Source: Mustelus asterias
Lineage: Eukaryota
Direction of reading: 5' to 3'
Assembly (NCBI RefSeq): GCF_964213995.1
Contig: NC_135830.1
Location: 14,384,001-14,448,000 of the forward strand
DNA: 64,000 nucleotides
The position numbers were made by a program, and so were the translations under genes. Positions 27,285-40,620 of the stretch are shown here, one piece after another. Numbering within the stretch: the first letter of the stretch is position 1; each line of letters starts with the position of its first letter. The notes under the pieces are model-generated. The model saw only the letters and a list, made by a program, of their open reading frames with translations. It was not told where the DNA came from and did not search any database.

Positions 27285-27985
27285 AGCTCGGACCAATAGG
27301 AAGAGGGGGCGGGGCTGCAGGACCGAGCATAAGCAGCTGGTCCTCCGACCAATCAGACTAAATGACGGGCACCCCTCAGCCTGGAGCTCCCTCTGTCTGC
27401 GCGTGCGCTCGGCCGCACACTGTCAAGATGGCGATCGTTCACCCCGGCCTGAATCGGGGAAAATGCCCGAGCAGCTGTCAACGGTTCAAATACCGAATCC
27501 GAGCTTCCTATTGGGGACTTGCGGCCAAACGGGACTTTTATGAAGCCTCCAAGTCCGCCCACCCACCGGCTCCATCACTCATTCCTGGTTTACCCGGTGT
27601 TATCGCCCGGACTGAATATTTCCTCAACCGCGCATGCTCCAGATCACCACAGTGCAACTCGCCCTCAGCCCCGCCCCTCATTCACTCCGATTGGTTGGAG
27701 GACCAGCTGCTCTCGCTCGGTCCTCCAGCCCCGCCCCTCATTCACTCTGATTGGTTGGAGGACCAGCCACTCTCGCTCGGTCCTCCAGCCCTGCCCCTCA
27801 TTCACTCTAGTTGGAGGACGAGCCGCTCTCCCTGGTCCTCCAGCCCCGCCCCCTCATTCACTCCGGTTGGAGGACGAGCTGCTCTCGCTTGGTCCTCCAG
27901 CCCCGCCCCTTATTCACTCCGATTGGTTGGAGGACTCGCCGCTCTCCCTGGTCCTCCGGCCCCTCCCCCTCATTCACTCTGAATG
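27285..27985. promoter_or_regulatory. CpG island with tandem GC-box + CCAAT units
   Basis: About six ~55-60-bp repeats ccccgcccctcattcactccgattggttggagga (27660-27980); YY1 AAGATGGCG at 27425; CCAAT and GGGGCGGGG at 27293-27315. Confidence 0.7.
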
Positions 27986-28049
27986 TTTTGTCATCTCCCA
28001 AAACACAAAACCATCTTTCCCAGAACTCCATCTTTGAATTCTCCAATCA

Positions 28050-28690
28050 GGTTTCTGCCTTGCCACATTACTGAAACAGCCCTTGTCAAATCTCCACTGA
28101 CATCCTATGAGACTGCGACCTATCTCATCCTCGACCTATTGGCAGCCTTTGACATGGTCGCCCACATCATCCTGCTCCATCCCTCTCCACTGTCGTCCAG
28201 CTGGATGGGGCTGCTCTCTCCTGGTTCTATATGGGTGGCACGGTGGCGAGCACTGCTGCCACAAGCGCCAGGGTACGATTCTCAGCTTGGGCCACTGTCT
28301 GTGCAGAGTCTGCACATTCTCCCCTTGTCTGCATGGGTTTCCTCCAGATGTTCTGGTTTCCTCCACAGTCCAAAAGATGTGCTGGTTAGCATTGAGAATG
28401 CTAAATTCCTCCACAGCGTACCCGAACAGGCGCAGGAATGTGTCGACGAGGGGATTTTCATAGTAACTTCATTGCAGGGCCGCAAGTCACTAATAAATAA
28501 ACATTAAACTTTAAAACTATTCTTCTGTTTTTAATTAGAGTCAGAGAATCACTTGTAATATCTTCCCTTCAGATTCCCACACTTACCTCTGGTGTCTCCA
28601 GAGGCTCCAGCCTTGGCCTCTTATTTCTCATCAACATATTCCCATCAATGACATCATCTGAAAACAGTGTCAGTTCTCACATTTACTGTG
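28050..28690 (+). mobile_element. L2-like LINE RT fragment interrupted by a SINE (28233-28517)
   Basis: TETALVK...LILDLLAAFDMVAH..LL resembles L2 RT. Confidence 0.65.
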
Positions 28691-29036
28691 TTAAAGAGAC
28701 AATATAAATGTAGGGTGTTGTTATTGTCTGATAATGATAGATCAGGAATATCACAAACATTTTAAATGTTCATTCCACATTTCCATTTATTCTCAAAGTC
28801 TCAGTCAGGAACAGATCCCAATTTAACACCAATCTCTGACTTCACATCACATTTCCAATATTCACCATTGTTCTTCCTGACTCTAAACCCAGTTGTAAAG
28901 GAGTTTCTGTTCTCCCTCCAGGACCACTGAATCATGGAAGAGCATGGCTGGGACATATTTCTTACACACCTCAGGTTACACAGCCACATGTTCAGTCCTG
29001 GATGTCTCTAAAAGCAGCAATGACAAACTCCAAATT

Positions 29037-29714
29037 CTACAATAATTTGTGAACTCGCTGGTGTCTCAGAAGGTCGGATAACTGAATGAATCCCTTCTCA
29101 CACTCAGAGCAAGTGAATGGCCTCTCTCCAGTATGAACTCGTTGGTGTCTCTGAAGAGTAGATGACTGAGCAAAGCTGTTCCGACACACAGAACAGGTGA
29201 ATGGCCTCTCCCCAGTGTGAACTCGTTGGTGTACCAGAAGGTCGGACAACTGACTGAATCCCTTCCCACACTCAGAGCAGGTAAATGGCCTCTCCCCAGT
29301 GTGAACTCGCTGATGTCTCAGAAGTTGGGATGACTGAATGAATCCTTTACCACACACAGAGCAGAGGAATGGTCTCTCCCCAGTGTGAACTTGCTGATGT
29401 GTCAGAAGGTGGGATGACCGATTGAATCTCTTCCCACACACAGAGCAGAAGAACGGCCTCTTCCCAGTGTGAACAAGCTGATGTGCTACCAGATGCTTCT
29501 TGCTTTTAAACGTCTTCTCACAATCAGAGCATTTAAAAGGTCTCTGATCACTGTGTACAAGTTGATGGTCAGTGAGGTGGGATGACTGAGTGAATCGCTT
29601 CCCACAGACAGAGCAGGTGAATGGTGGCTCATCAGTGTGACAATGATAACGTTTTCTCAGCTTTGGGTAATTGAAGCCCTTCCCACAGTCCCCACATTTC
29701 CACAGTTTCTCCAT
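29037..29714 (-). CDS. C2H2 zinc-finger protein, 7 intact fingers and 1 degenerate finger
   Basis: ATG 29714 (MEKLWKC) to stop 29037; acceptor ttttacag| at 30054; donor |gtaag at ~30731 beside a CpG-rich, YY1-containing region. Confidence 0.88.
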   Translation of the reverse strand: MEKLWKCGDCGKGFNYPKLRKRYHCHTDEPPFTCSVCGKRFTQSSHLTDHQLVHSDQRPFKCSDCEKTFKSKKHLVAHQLVHTGKRPFFCSVCGKRFNRSSHLLTHQQVHTGERPFLCSVCGKGFIQSSQLLRHQRVHTGERPFTCSECGKGFSQLSDLLVHQRVHTGERPFTCSVCRNSFAQSSTLQRHQRVHTGERPFTCSECEKGFIQLSDLLRHQRVHKLL

Positions 29715-30261
29715 GATGCCAGTGTCCTTGTGACTCTCCAGGTTGGACAATCAGTTGAAACCTTGTCCAAACTGTATGGTTTCTCCTTGCTGTGAATGCT
29801 GTGATGTTTTATCAGGCTGTATAACTGGTTAAAGCTCTTTCCACAGTCAGTTCACTGGAACACTCTCACTCGGTGCTTTTCCAGTCAATTGTTTCAAAAC
29901 TTCCAGTTTGAAATCCTCAGACAGAACAAAGAAACATTTCTCATTCCACATTCAAAGGTCCACAATATTCAAGCGCTGATGAATCAAGTGAGTAGATGTT
30001 GGATGTCATATTTGGTTTGATGTTCTTGTTTGGAATTCCTCCCTTTCTCATAGCCTGTAAAAGGAGTTTATAAAATTAATCCTCGGAAGTACAGGACAGA
30101 AATTCTGAATAGACAATTCTGATTCTGTGGAACATCTTTTCCTCACTTGTTCACTTATGGGCTGAAGGATCTCTTTCTGTGCTGTGTGACTCTATGACAG
30201 CAAGTCCAGTTAGCCCCAAGACCTCAGTGCCTGCTCACCCACATTGATTCCCAGTCACAAC

Positions 30262-30380
30262 AAAAGCAGAAAATGCTGGAAACTCTCAGCAGGTCTAACA
30301 GCATCTGTGGACAGAGAATAGAGCCAACTTTTCGAGTCAGGATGACCCTTCATCAGATTTCAGCATCTGCAGTACTTTGC
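30262..30380 (-). mobile_element. Penelope-like terminal fragment with hammerhead-like core
   Basis: Reverse strand CTGATGA-A-GGGTCA-TCC-TGACTC-GAAA. Confidence 0.55.
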
Positions 30381-31139
30381 CATGATTTCCAGTCAAGCGG
30401 AATCTTGATTTTGAAATTATCATTCTTATTTTCAAATACCAGACGCATTGATAGCTGAAATCTTTTCCCACACACAGAACAGCTTCTTTACACATTCAAA
30501 GGTCAATGATCTTGATGAATCGACTGAATCTAGATGCAATGTTTTGAATTGTGAATTCTCTCTTTTGCGTATCCTGTAAATGCATTACTGTCAGCCTAGG
30601 ATAGCAATCCACCATTTTCGGTTTTTATTTCAGATTTCTAGCACCCTCAGTATTTTGCTTTTAACATAGAAATGCATAAAGTTCTCTCCTGCTACTGGTA
30701 TTGCCCCCTATAAAGCTGGCAGCGTCCTTACCGGAACATTGCCCCTTATAAAGATGGCGATCGGCGAGCCAGGCCCCACACCGAGAGAACTACCGAACAA
30801 TCCTCTCGGTCCAAATGGGGGACCGTTAGATTTTTACTCGAACTTTGCGACCCGAGTCCGGTGTTAATGAAATCTCTCCACCCACCGGCTCTGTTCCCCA
30901 CCCACACTGGGTGTTTTATTTCACCCGTTGCGAAAGCCACACCTCCTCTCCCCTCCAGTCACCCGTTGCGAAAGCCACCCCCCCCCCTCTCCCCTCCAGT
31001 CACTCCTTGTCCTCCCTCCCTCCGGGGAGAGCACACCCTCCACAGGCCGGACGGCAGGCAGGCAGGCCAGACGGCAGGCAGGCAGGTCAGACGGCAGGCA
31101 GGCAGGTCAGATTTTGCCTGCGTTCAACTCATAGCCTTT

Positions 31140-32120
31140 TATGTCTTGCAGACCATGCCATAGTCGGCTGGAGTCCATGTGGATAGCCTGGGACTCTAGC
31201 TTGGTCCGGTACTGTCTTTTGGCATCTTTGATGGATCACATCTGGCTATCTTATATCGATGATGTGGAGATGCTGGCGTTGGACTGGAGTAGGCACGGTA
31301 AGGAGTCTCACAACATCAAGTTAAAGTGCAACAGGTTGATTTGGTAGCACAAGCTTTCGGAGTGTCACTCTTTCTTCACCTGAAGGAGTGACACTCCAAA
31401 AGCTTGTGCAACCAAATAAACCTGTTGCACTTTAACCTGCTGTTGTGAGACTTCTTACTGTCTTGTATAGGTCAGAGTCACCTGACATGAACGCCTCAGA
31501 TCTGGACTTCAGCAGACAGTGGCTCTCCCTGTTCATCCATGGTTTCCAGTTGGGAAACACGTGGATTTGCTTCTTTGGCACACAGTCTTCTACACGCTTA
31601 CTAATGAGTCAGTTATTGTAGTGGTGTACTCATTCAGGCTGGTCGCAGTTTTTAAATACTATTCAGTCTATTGGCGCTAAGCAGTCCAGTAGGAGATCAT
31701 CCGATTCCTCAGACCAGCATTGCACGACGTTCTTTGACAGATTCTTCTATTTCAGATTTTGCTTTTAAGCAGGAGAGCACAGCCGTGATTTGCCAAGGTG
31801 TGGGCTGGCGATAGAGTGGTAGGCATGTTTGATATTTGTATAGCAGTGGTCTAGGATGTTTGGGCCTCTGATGGAACAGGAGATGTGTTGCTGGTATCTT
31901 AGTAGAACGCCCTTGAGCTTGGTCTGATTGAAGTTTCAGCTAAGATGAACAAGGCCTCAGGAGGTTTCGTCTCAAGACTATTTGTGATAGTGTATATTTC
32001 GTCCAGCGTGGTCTTCACGTCTGCGTGGGGTGGGAAGTAAACTGCTGTCAGGCTAAGAGGTGAACTCCCATGGAAGGTAATAGGGGTGGCATTTTAGCAT
32101 CAGGTATTCTAGGTCCCGGG
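31140..32120 (-). mobile_element. Rex1/Babar-like LINE fragment with a palindromic Penelope-derived insert (~31260-31460)
   Basis: Reverse frames give CHPYYLPWEFT, AVYFPPHADV and VEDCVPKKQIHVFPNWKPWMNRE; the insert has ~75-bp inverted arms. Confidence 0.6.
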
Positions 32121-33044
32121 GTCCAATGTAATGATAATACACTCAGTATCTAGTGCACCATAACCAAAGTTTGGGTCTCATTTGATAGCGAGTGAGTCAT
32201 GGTCTATTGATATAATAGATTCCAATTCTGTTATGTGTCACTCTGCCACTAACGATTTGACAATAACCTGCCTGTTATTCCAATTTTGCTGTATTTTACA
32301 ACTGCAGCTCCTGGGGCTGATTGGAATCTGGTGTAATAATCACAAAGGTCGGTTCCAGTGTCTCTGAGGTCATTTTGCCTGCAAGTAATCTGACGTTAAG
32401 GGAGACAAGAGGCCCAACAAACATTTGTTTGTAATAGGAGGACAAGGTGTAAGTGGGCAATGATATTTTGAGGTTTCTGTGTTATGCCGAGTGTCACTGG
32501 GAGGTGAGTGGTAAAATAGGGATGCAGACATCATGGCAGAGGCATGTGTTACTGACTCTGCTTGACTGAGAGCTGTTAGACTCAAGGGGAGAATAATGAG
32601 GACATGGGGAACTCCAGGGATTTCTGATATCTGAGGTGTATCTGTTCGAGGAACTGAAAATAATCAGTTCCTTCTCATGGTTATCTGCAATTCTTAAGTT
32701 ACACAGTCACATGGGAAACAGACCTGACAGCTCATCAAACCCAATGTTTTGCTCTTCTGTTTGAGACACATTGTGATTGAAAAGATCAAATGTTAACACC
32801 TCAGGAGAGAAACATTCAGAATGTCACAAAGATGAATGAATTGTCCAATTAATCCCATTCACCATAACTCTTGTCAATTTACCCTCTGCAGGTATTTATC
32901 CAATTCCCTTTGAAATTTACTATCAAACCTGATTCTAGCACCTGTCAGTTTGCATTCCAGATTAAATCAAATTGTGTAAAAACTTATCCTCATCACCCCC
33001 TCCAGTAATGTTGTCAATTATGTTAAATCTCTGTGTCCTCTGCT

Positions 33045-33210
33045 TAGAGACCCTCCTGCACCTGGGAAACAGTTTCTTCCTATTGACAGACCCTCCAATA
33101 TCTGGGAAATAGATTCTCCCCATCGACAGACCTTCCTGCACCTGAGAAATAGATTCTCTCCATCGAAAGACCCTCCTGCTTCTGGGAAACAGTTCCTCTC
33201 CATTGACACT
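33045..33210. repeat. ~41-bp tandem repeat, 4 copies
   Basis: agaccctcctgcacctgggaaacagtt...attgac. Confidence 0.8.
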
Positions 33211-33226
33211 ATCATAAATCGTTTGA

Positions 33227-36200
33227 GCCAAATGGTTTCCATCTGTGATGTATCATTCCATAAAACAGAATATTCAGCATCAGGAGAAAGAAAGTGAAAG
33301 AAACCAGTCTCTGTGGGATTTACCCAACCAGTGTGAGCACCTTCAGGGGAGCAGAGAGAGAGGGAAACCAGTGGGAAAAGTTTTTAAAACTCGGAGTATT
33401 CCCACAGGAGAGCACTGGTTTAAATCAATTTTGAAATAAAGAATGGCAGCGCACAAATTCCGAGGAATGCATTTTTAAAAATTAATTTATCTTAATTGCA
33501 CAAGATAATTTTCTATTATCGTCTTTGACAATGACGCCGTTAATTCCCAGGTGCCCCTGCGGGTGTGAAAATGTCCTATTCATTCCACAGGAGCCTATTG
33601 CGCAGGCGCAATGCTATATCTGGAGCGTGCGCACTGTCGCTTTGCTCGGAGTCTTCCGAGTGCGGGAGTTGGCACATTTTTCTGCGGGTGAGTCGGTTGG
33701 GCTGTGGGAGAAATGGAGCCGGGAGTCGGGTAGGGAGGGAGCTATGGCTTCCAAACACCCGTTGTAGGCCGCACGGCCTGAATAAGTCCCTGCAGATCCC
33801 GGGTTTAGAGCTGCCAGGCTTTTATCCCGGGAACAGGCCCCGGTTATCGGCCGCCATCTTGTTTCAGCGGGGACGGAGGGCGCATGCGCTGCTGTCGGTG
33901 GCGGGTCACAATGGGCGTGGTTTCAGGGGCTGGTTCAGAACCTCGATCTTCAGAGGGACAATAGGGAGCAGGGCGCATGCGCAGCTATCCAAGACCATCA
34001 GAATAAGAATTCGGAACAGGAGCCCGTCATTCGGCCCATCGAGCCTGCTGCATCATTCAATAAGATCATGTCTACTTTGCTCCCCCACCCCGTCCATACC
34101 CTTAACTCTCTTGTGGATCAAAACCTCAGCTTTGAATATATTCAATGACCTGCCTCCAATCCTCACTGGTGAAGACAGAGTTCCAAAGATCAACAACCCG
34201 CTGAGAGAAAAGATCTCTCTTCATCTTAAATTTGAGATCCTTTATCCTTTACGGTAGCACGGTGGTGAGCACTGCTGCTTCACAGCTCCAGGGTCCCGGG
34301 TTCGATTCCCGGCTCGGGTCACTGTCTGTGTGGAGTTTGCACATTCTCCTCGTGTCTGCGTGGGTTTCCTCTGGGTGCTCCGGTTTCCTCCCACAGTCCA
34401 AAGCTGTGCGGGTTAGGTTGATTGGCCAGGTTAAAAAATTGCCCCTTAGAGTCCTGGGATGTGTAGGTTAGAGGGATTAGCGGGTAAAATATGTGGGGGT
34501 AGGGCCTGGGTGGGATTGTGGTTGGTGCAGACTCGATGGGCCGAATGGCCTCCTTCTGCACTGTAGGGTTTCTATGATTTCTATGATTTATTTTTACTTG
34601 ATTTCCACACCAGAGGAAACATCCTCTCAGCATCTACCTTGTCAAGCACCTTATATCATATGAATCATAGAATCCTGACAGTGCAGAAGGAGGCCATTCG
34701 GCCCATCGAGTCTGTACAGACCACAATCCCACCCAGGCCACATCCCCACAACCCCATGCATTTGACACTAGGGTCTAAATTGATTGGCATGGCCAATCCA
34801 CCTAACCCGCACATCTTTGGACTGTGGGAGGAAACCAGAGCACCTGGATGAAACCCACACAGACATGGAGAGTAAACGTGCAAACTCCACACAGGCTGGA
34901 ATTGAACCTGGGACCCTGGCGCTGTGAGGCAGCAGTGCTAGCCACCGTGCCGCCCTTAAATTCCCAGATGTTTCATTAAGATTACTTCTCAGTCTTCTAA
35001 ACTCCAAAGAGTACAGGCCCCAGCTGCTCAACCTGAAAGATAAAACTCGGCATTTCAGGAATCAACCAACTGGATCTTCTCTGAACTGCCTCCACTGCAA
35101 TTTTGACCCAGCTAAAGTAATTCTGTGCCAGGTTAAAGGAGGAGTGAATGTTTTGAATCTCTGCCCTGGACAGATGCTGATGGATTTTGGAAACTCCTTT
35201 TACAGGAGGTTAGAAGGGGAGGATTTACACACAGCAAACTCAGACCAAAAGAAATGTTTGTCTGTCTTGAATTTCTAACCTTGAATTACACCTATAACTT
35301 TCCTCATTCACAGGGACAAGATCTGAAGATTGCAACATTTTTCCCGGACACCAATCTCTCTGAGATCTTTTCAGCTGCAGCAGATTTTAAAATGTGAAAA
35401 CAGTGAAATGGTTTTGGGGTGAGCGTTAGTGAACATTAATTTAAATTTAGAGCATGCTCTGATTCCATGGATCTCGGGCTATTCTGGCTTCTTTACCATG
35501 GATGGGGAGGCAATGGTGCAGTGATAGTGTTATTGGATTAGTAATACAGGGATCCAGGGCAATGCACTGTGAACACTGGGTTTGAATCTCACAATGGCAA
35601 ATGTTGAAATTTGAATTCAGTAAAAATCTAGAATTAGAAGTCCATTGATGACAATTGTTGTAAAAATCCATCTGATTGAATAATGTCCTTTAAAGAAGGA
35701 AATTACCACATCCCCCAGCAATGCAAACCACTCAGTTCAAGGACAGTGAGTTATGGGCAATAGATGCTGATGCAGCCAACACATAGAGTCATAGAGCAAT
35801 ACAGCACGGAAACAGGCCCTTGGGCCCAACTGATCCATGCCAACCATGGTGCCCTCCCAGCTAGTCCCAATTGCCCATGTTTGGCTCATATCCCTCTAAT
35901 CTTTTCCAATTCATGTACTTATCCAAATGCTTTTTAAATGTTTAAACCTCCTGTTTGAACCTGCCTCAACCACTTTCTCTGGCAGCTCATTCCATGTACA
36001 CACCACCCTCTGCATGAAGAAGTTGCCCCTCAGGTCCCTTTTAATCTTTCCCCTCTCACCTTAAACCTTTGCCCTCTCGTTTTCAATTCCCATACCCTGG
36101 CAAAAAGACAATGTGGGTTCATCCTATCTATGCCCCTCATTATTTAATACACCTCAATATAGTCACCCTATGTTCGAAGGAATAAAGCCCTCACCTGTCC

Positions 36201-39110
36201 AACCTCACGCGATCACTCAGGCCCATTAGTCCCGGCAACATCCTCATAAATCTTCTTTGCACGCTTTCCAGTTTATCAATGTCTTTCCTATAACAGGGTT
36301 ACAAAAACTGTCCACAATACTCCAAGTGCAGCCTCGCCAACGACTCATACAACTATAACATAATGTCCCAACTCCTATACTCAGTGCCCTGACTGATGAA
36401 GGCCAGTGTGCTAAATGCCTTCTTCACCACTCTGTCTACCTGTGACATTACGTTCAACAAACTATGTACTTCTCCGAGGTTCCTCTGTTCCTCAACACTC
36501 CCCAGAGCCTTACCATTCATTGTATAAGTCCTACCCTGGTTTGACTTTCCAAAATGCAACACTCACACTTAAGACCATAAGACATAGGAGCAGAATTAGG
36601 CCACTTGTCCCGTCAAGTCTGCTCCGCCATTCAATTATGGCTGATATTTTTCTCATCCTCATTCTCCTGCCTTTTTCCCATGACCCCTGATCCCCTTATT
36701 AATCAAGAACCTATCTATCTCTGTCTTAAAGACAGTCAATGACCTGGCCTCCACAGCCTTCTGCGGCAAAGAGTTCCACAAATTCACCACTCTTTGGCTG
36801 AAGAAATTCCTCCTTATCTCTGTTTTAAAGGATCGTCCCTTTAGCCTGAGGTTGTGCCTCTGTACTCTGTATTATCTGTACTGAAATCCATTTTCCAATC
36901 AGCGGCCACTTCTCTAACCGATCAACTGATCAAGATCCCCCTGTAATTTTTGATAATCTTCTTCACTATCAGCGATACCTCCTAATTTAGTATCGTTTGC
37001 AAACTTGCTAACCATGCTTTTTATGAATTTTTAAACGGCCATCCATTTCTCTGTTTCACCTCTGCCCTCCCTGATCAGCTCTCTGCCATTGTCTACCTTC
37101 CTCTCCTCTTATAATGGGTGTATTTTAACTATTATTTCTGCAAGCTATGTCTTGATGAGGTTTTTACCACTTCACAACTCTATTCACTGCTGATTTACCA
37201 GCTTAGTCTCACAATGTTCAGGAATTGTTTCTCTTCCACTGGAGATCATTTCCCTTCCACTTCTGAGCTTATATTGACCAATAAAATCTGATACATTTTT
37301 ATTCCCTGTAATTCATTCTGCCCACCCTGAAACGTTAATCTTCTTTCTGTCTAAAAGGATGGTCTCTTTTCAAATGTTCACAATTAAAGGGCAGGAGATG
37401 GCTGACATTTAAGGGGACAGTACGTTAATATAGGACAGAGATATGTCTGGTGTTATTATATGGTACCCAGATGAGATATATTATTGATGTTTCTGCAATA
37501 AAATATATTTATTATTATTTCTTGCATTGTAATATAATGCTGTCGCGATGTTATACACTTCCAGTCATAAAGTCATTACAGCACAGAAGGAATCCATTTG
37601 GTAACTCGAGTCCATGCTGACTCTCTGTATAACATTCCAGTCCCATTCCCACTCTATATCCCCCTTCTCCTGAAAGTTTATTTCCTTCAAGCGCCCATTC
37701 ACTTTCATTTTTAAAATGAATCCATAGATATGGTTGGAGATTTATAACATTTTGGGAATGAAATAGAAAAGAATGTTCCATAGAAACTAGAATTGTCTGC
37801 TCTGAATTTCTATCCGATACTGACTGTGATGACTTTTGCAAACTCATTTCACAGGATTTTGAATGAGGAATCACAGGCAAAAATCTCAACCGTCACATCT
37901 CGAAAGAGTCATATTCCTTGGGATCTGAATATCTTGTAATATGGAACTGTAGCTACGTTATATATTTCCAGACATCTCTTCCCTCAGAGGGTTGTTAGTC
38001 TTTTGGATTTCTCTTTCACAGGGATCAGTGGAGGCTGAGGATCATTGAATATATTCCAGTTAGACAGATCTTTGACTGACAAGGGTGTCAAGGGTTATGG
38101 GGAACAGACAAGAAGATGGAGCAAAAGCTAATATGTGGGGGGATTTCTTCACTCAAGGATGTGGTAAAGCTTTGGAATTCTCAACCCCTGAGGACAGTGA
38201 AACCTCAGTCATCAACTATTTTCAAGAGAGAGATTGATTGGTTTCTAGTTTTGAAGATATCCAGGGATATGGGTTTAGTGTGGGGAGAATGATGCTGAGG
38301 TAGATGAACAAATTATCTCATTGAATAGTTTAAAAGAATCGATGAGCCAAATGGCCGACTGCAGCTCCTATTTGTTATGGTCTCTGTGTCCAGGACAGGA
38401 AGCAGTGAGCATGGATCTGTCAATCAGCCTCAATCTGCACCTTCAGGAGAATTGGGAGGGTGAATATTAGATACAGCAGAGTGAGAATGGAGGGAGAATG
38501 TGTGGGATGGAGATTTACAGCTTTTTGGGACTGAAATAGGAAAGAATGTTCCATAGAAACTAGAATTGTCTGCTCTGAATTTCTATCCTGTCCTGACACT
38601 GATGACTTTTGTAAACTTGTTTTACAAGATATTGAAAGAGGAATCACAGGCCGAAATCTCAAACGTCACGTCTAGACGTGACAGAGTCATATTCCATGGG
38701 AGCTGAATGTCATCTAACTTTGAATCTAGAAGGAGAAATGATTGTCCGGTCTGTTGATTTGAAAAGATTTCGAACATCAGTGTGACTGGAAAAGCACCAA
38801 CACACTGCCACACTCGAGTGAGAGTCTTCCAGTGCACTGACTAAAGAGCTTTAACCAGTTACACAGCCTGAATAAATATCACACCATTCACAGCAGGGAG
38901 AGACTGTACCCGTGTTCTGTGTGTGGACGAGGCTTCAACTGATTGTCCACCCAAGACAGAGGCAAGGACACCTGCACCATGGAGAAACCATGGAAATGTG
39001 GGGACTGTGGCAAGATATACAGAGCTCCATCTCTGCTGGAAGCTCATCGGCGCAGCCACACTGGGGAGAGACCATTCACCTGCTCTCAGTGTGGGGAGGG
39101 ATTCACTCAC
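33227..39110. repeat. Right arm of inverted segmental duplication
   Basis: Reverse complement of 19930-25893 with scattered substitutions and an arm-specific SINE at 34251-34590. Confidence 0.92.
34251..34955. mobile_element. Two HE1-like SINEs: + 34251-34590 (arm-specific) and - 34660-34955
   Basis: Heads, cores and tails as above. Confidence 0.85.
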
Positions 39111-39485
39111 TCATCCAACATGAAGAGACACCAGCGAGTTCACACTGGGGAGAGACCGTTCACCTGCTCTCAGTGTGGGAAGGGATTCGCTTGTTCATCC
39201 ACCCTGCGGAAACACCAACGAGTTCACACTGGAGAGAGGCCATTCACCTGCTCTCGATGTGGAGAGGGATTCACTCAGTCATCCCACCTGCAGAGACACC
39301 AGCGATTTCACACTGGGGAGAGGCCATTCACCTGCTCTCAGTGTGGGAAGGGATTCTGTGATTCATCCAGCCTGCTGACACACCAGCGAATTCACATTGG
39401 GGAGAGGCCGTTCACGTGCTCTGTGTGTGAGAAGAGATTCAGTCTTTTATCCCAGCTGCTGAGACACCAACGAGTTCACGAGTGA
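38979..39485 (+). CDS. C2H2 zinc-finger protein, 6 fingers
   Basis: ATG 38979 [12 protein letters not shown]...HQRVHE*; donor |gtgagt at ~33688. Confidence 0.88.
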   Translation: MEKPWKCGDCGKIYRAPSLLEAHRRSHTGERPFTCSQCGEGFTHSSNMKRHQRVHTGERPFTCSQCGKGFACSSTLRKHQRVHTGERPFTCSRCGEGFTQSSHLQRHQRFHTGERPFTCSQCGKGFCDSSSLLTHQRIHIGERPFTCSVCEKRFSLLSQLLRHQRVHE

Positions 39486-40296
39486 TTCCAGGGGTTGGAT
39501 TCTGCTGTTATTGTTTCTGCTCTCAATTACATCCAGGACTGCATTTTGTTCATTCTCACAGTTGGTCAATGGGGAGGGTCGGAGGGTTTCTTTGTGCTGG
39601 ACTGGCTGGTCTCAGCCTCCAGTGGGCTGATGCTCTTTGAGTCTTGTTGCGAATACCTGGTTTCAAATTTCACAAAGATCACAGACTGACAGGGTGTGAG
39701 GAAGTTAAGAGTCACTATTTTTGTTTGAAACCCCCCAATGCCCATCCAATTTCCTTTGTAATTGTTTATTATTTCCACTTCCTCCACCCTCGTAGGCAGC
39801 GAGTTCCAGGTCATTACCATTCGCTGCATCAAAATGTTCTTCCTCACATCCCCCCCTGCATCTCTGACCCAAAACCATAAATCTGTGTCCCCCTCGTCCT
39901 TGTCCCGTCAGCTAATGGGAACAGCTTTTCTTTGTCCACCTTATCTAAACCTGTCAGAATCTTGTCCACCTCTATCAAATCTCCCCTCAACCTCCTTTTA
40001 TCCAAGAGGAACAACCCCAGCCTGACATCGACAATAAAGAACAAACTAACAGAATATGTTAATACCTGAAATCAAATGGGAATGTTGAATTTCTGTTTTA
40101 AAAGATATTGTGAATATATTGTCCTGGACAATAAAGGAATTGGAATAACTCACCTTGGGTGTGGTTGAATGGAATATATCAATCTGGTATCCACCTACAG
40201 TCCAGTGAAAGTCTGGAATGTGTAGCTGGAAATCCCTCCCTGTGGGTGTACTTACACTTGGTGAGAATATTTACTCAGGATGAGTTAGAATTAAAT

Positions 40297-40620
40297 TGGG
40301 GCGGCGCGTGGCACAGTGGTTAACACTGCTGCCTCACAGTGCAAGGGACCCGGGTTCGATTCCCAGCTTGGGCCACTGTCTGTGTGGAGTTTGCACATTC
40401 TCCCCGTGTCTGTGTCGGTTTCCTCCGGGTGCTCCGGTTTCCTCCCACAGTCCAAAGATGTGCGGGTTAGGTGGATTGGCTATGCTAAATTGCCCTTTAG
40501 TGTCAGCGGGACTAGCTGGGGTAAATGCATGGGGTTATGGGGATAGGGTCGGTGGGATTGTGGTTGGTGCAGACTTGATGGGCTGAATGGCCTCCTTCTG
40601 CACTGTAGAGATTCTATGAG
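40297..40620 (+). mobile_element. HE1-like SINE
   Basis: Full head, core and CR1-like tail. Confidence 0.88.
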
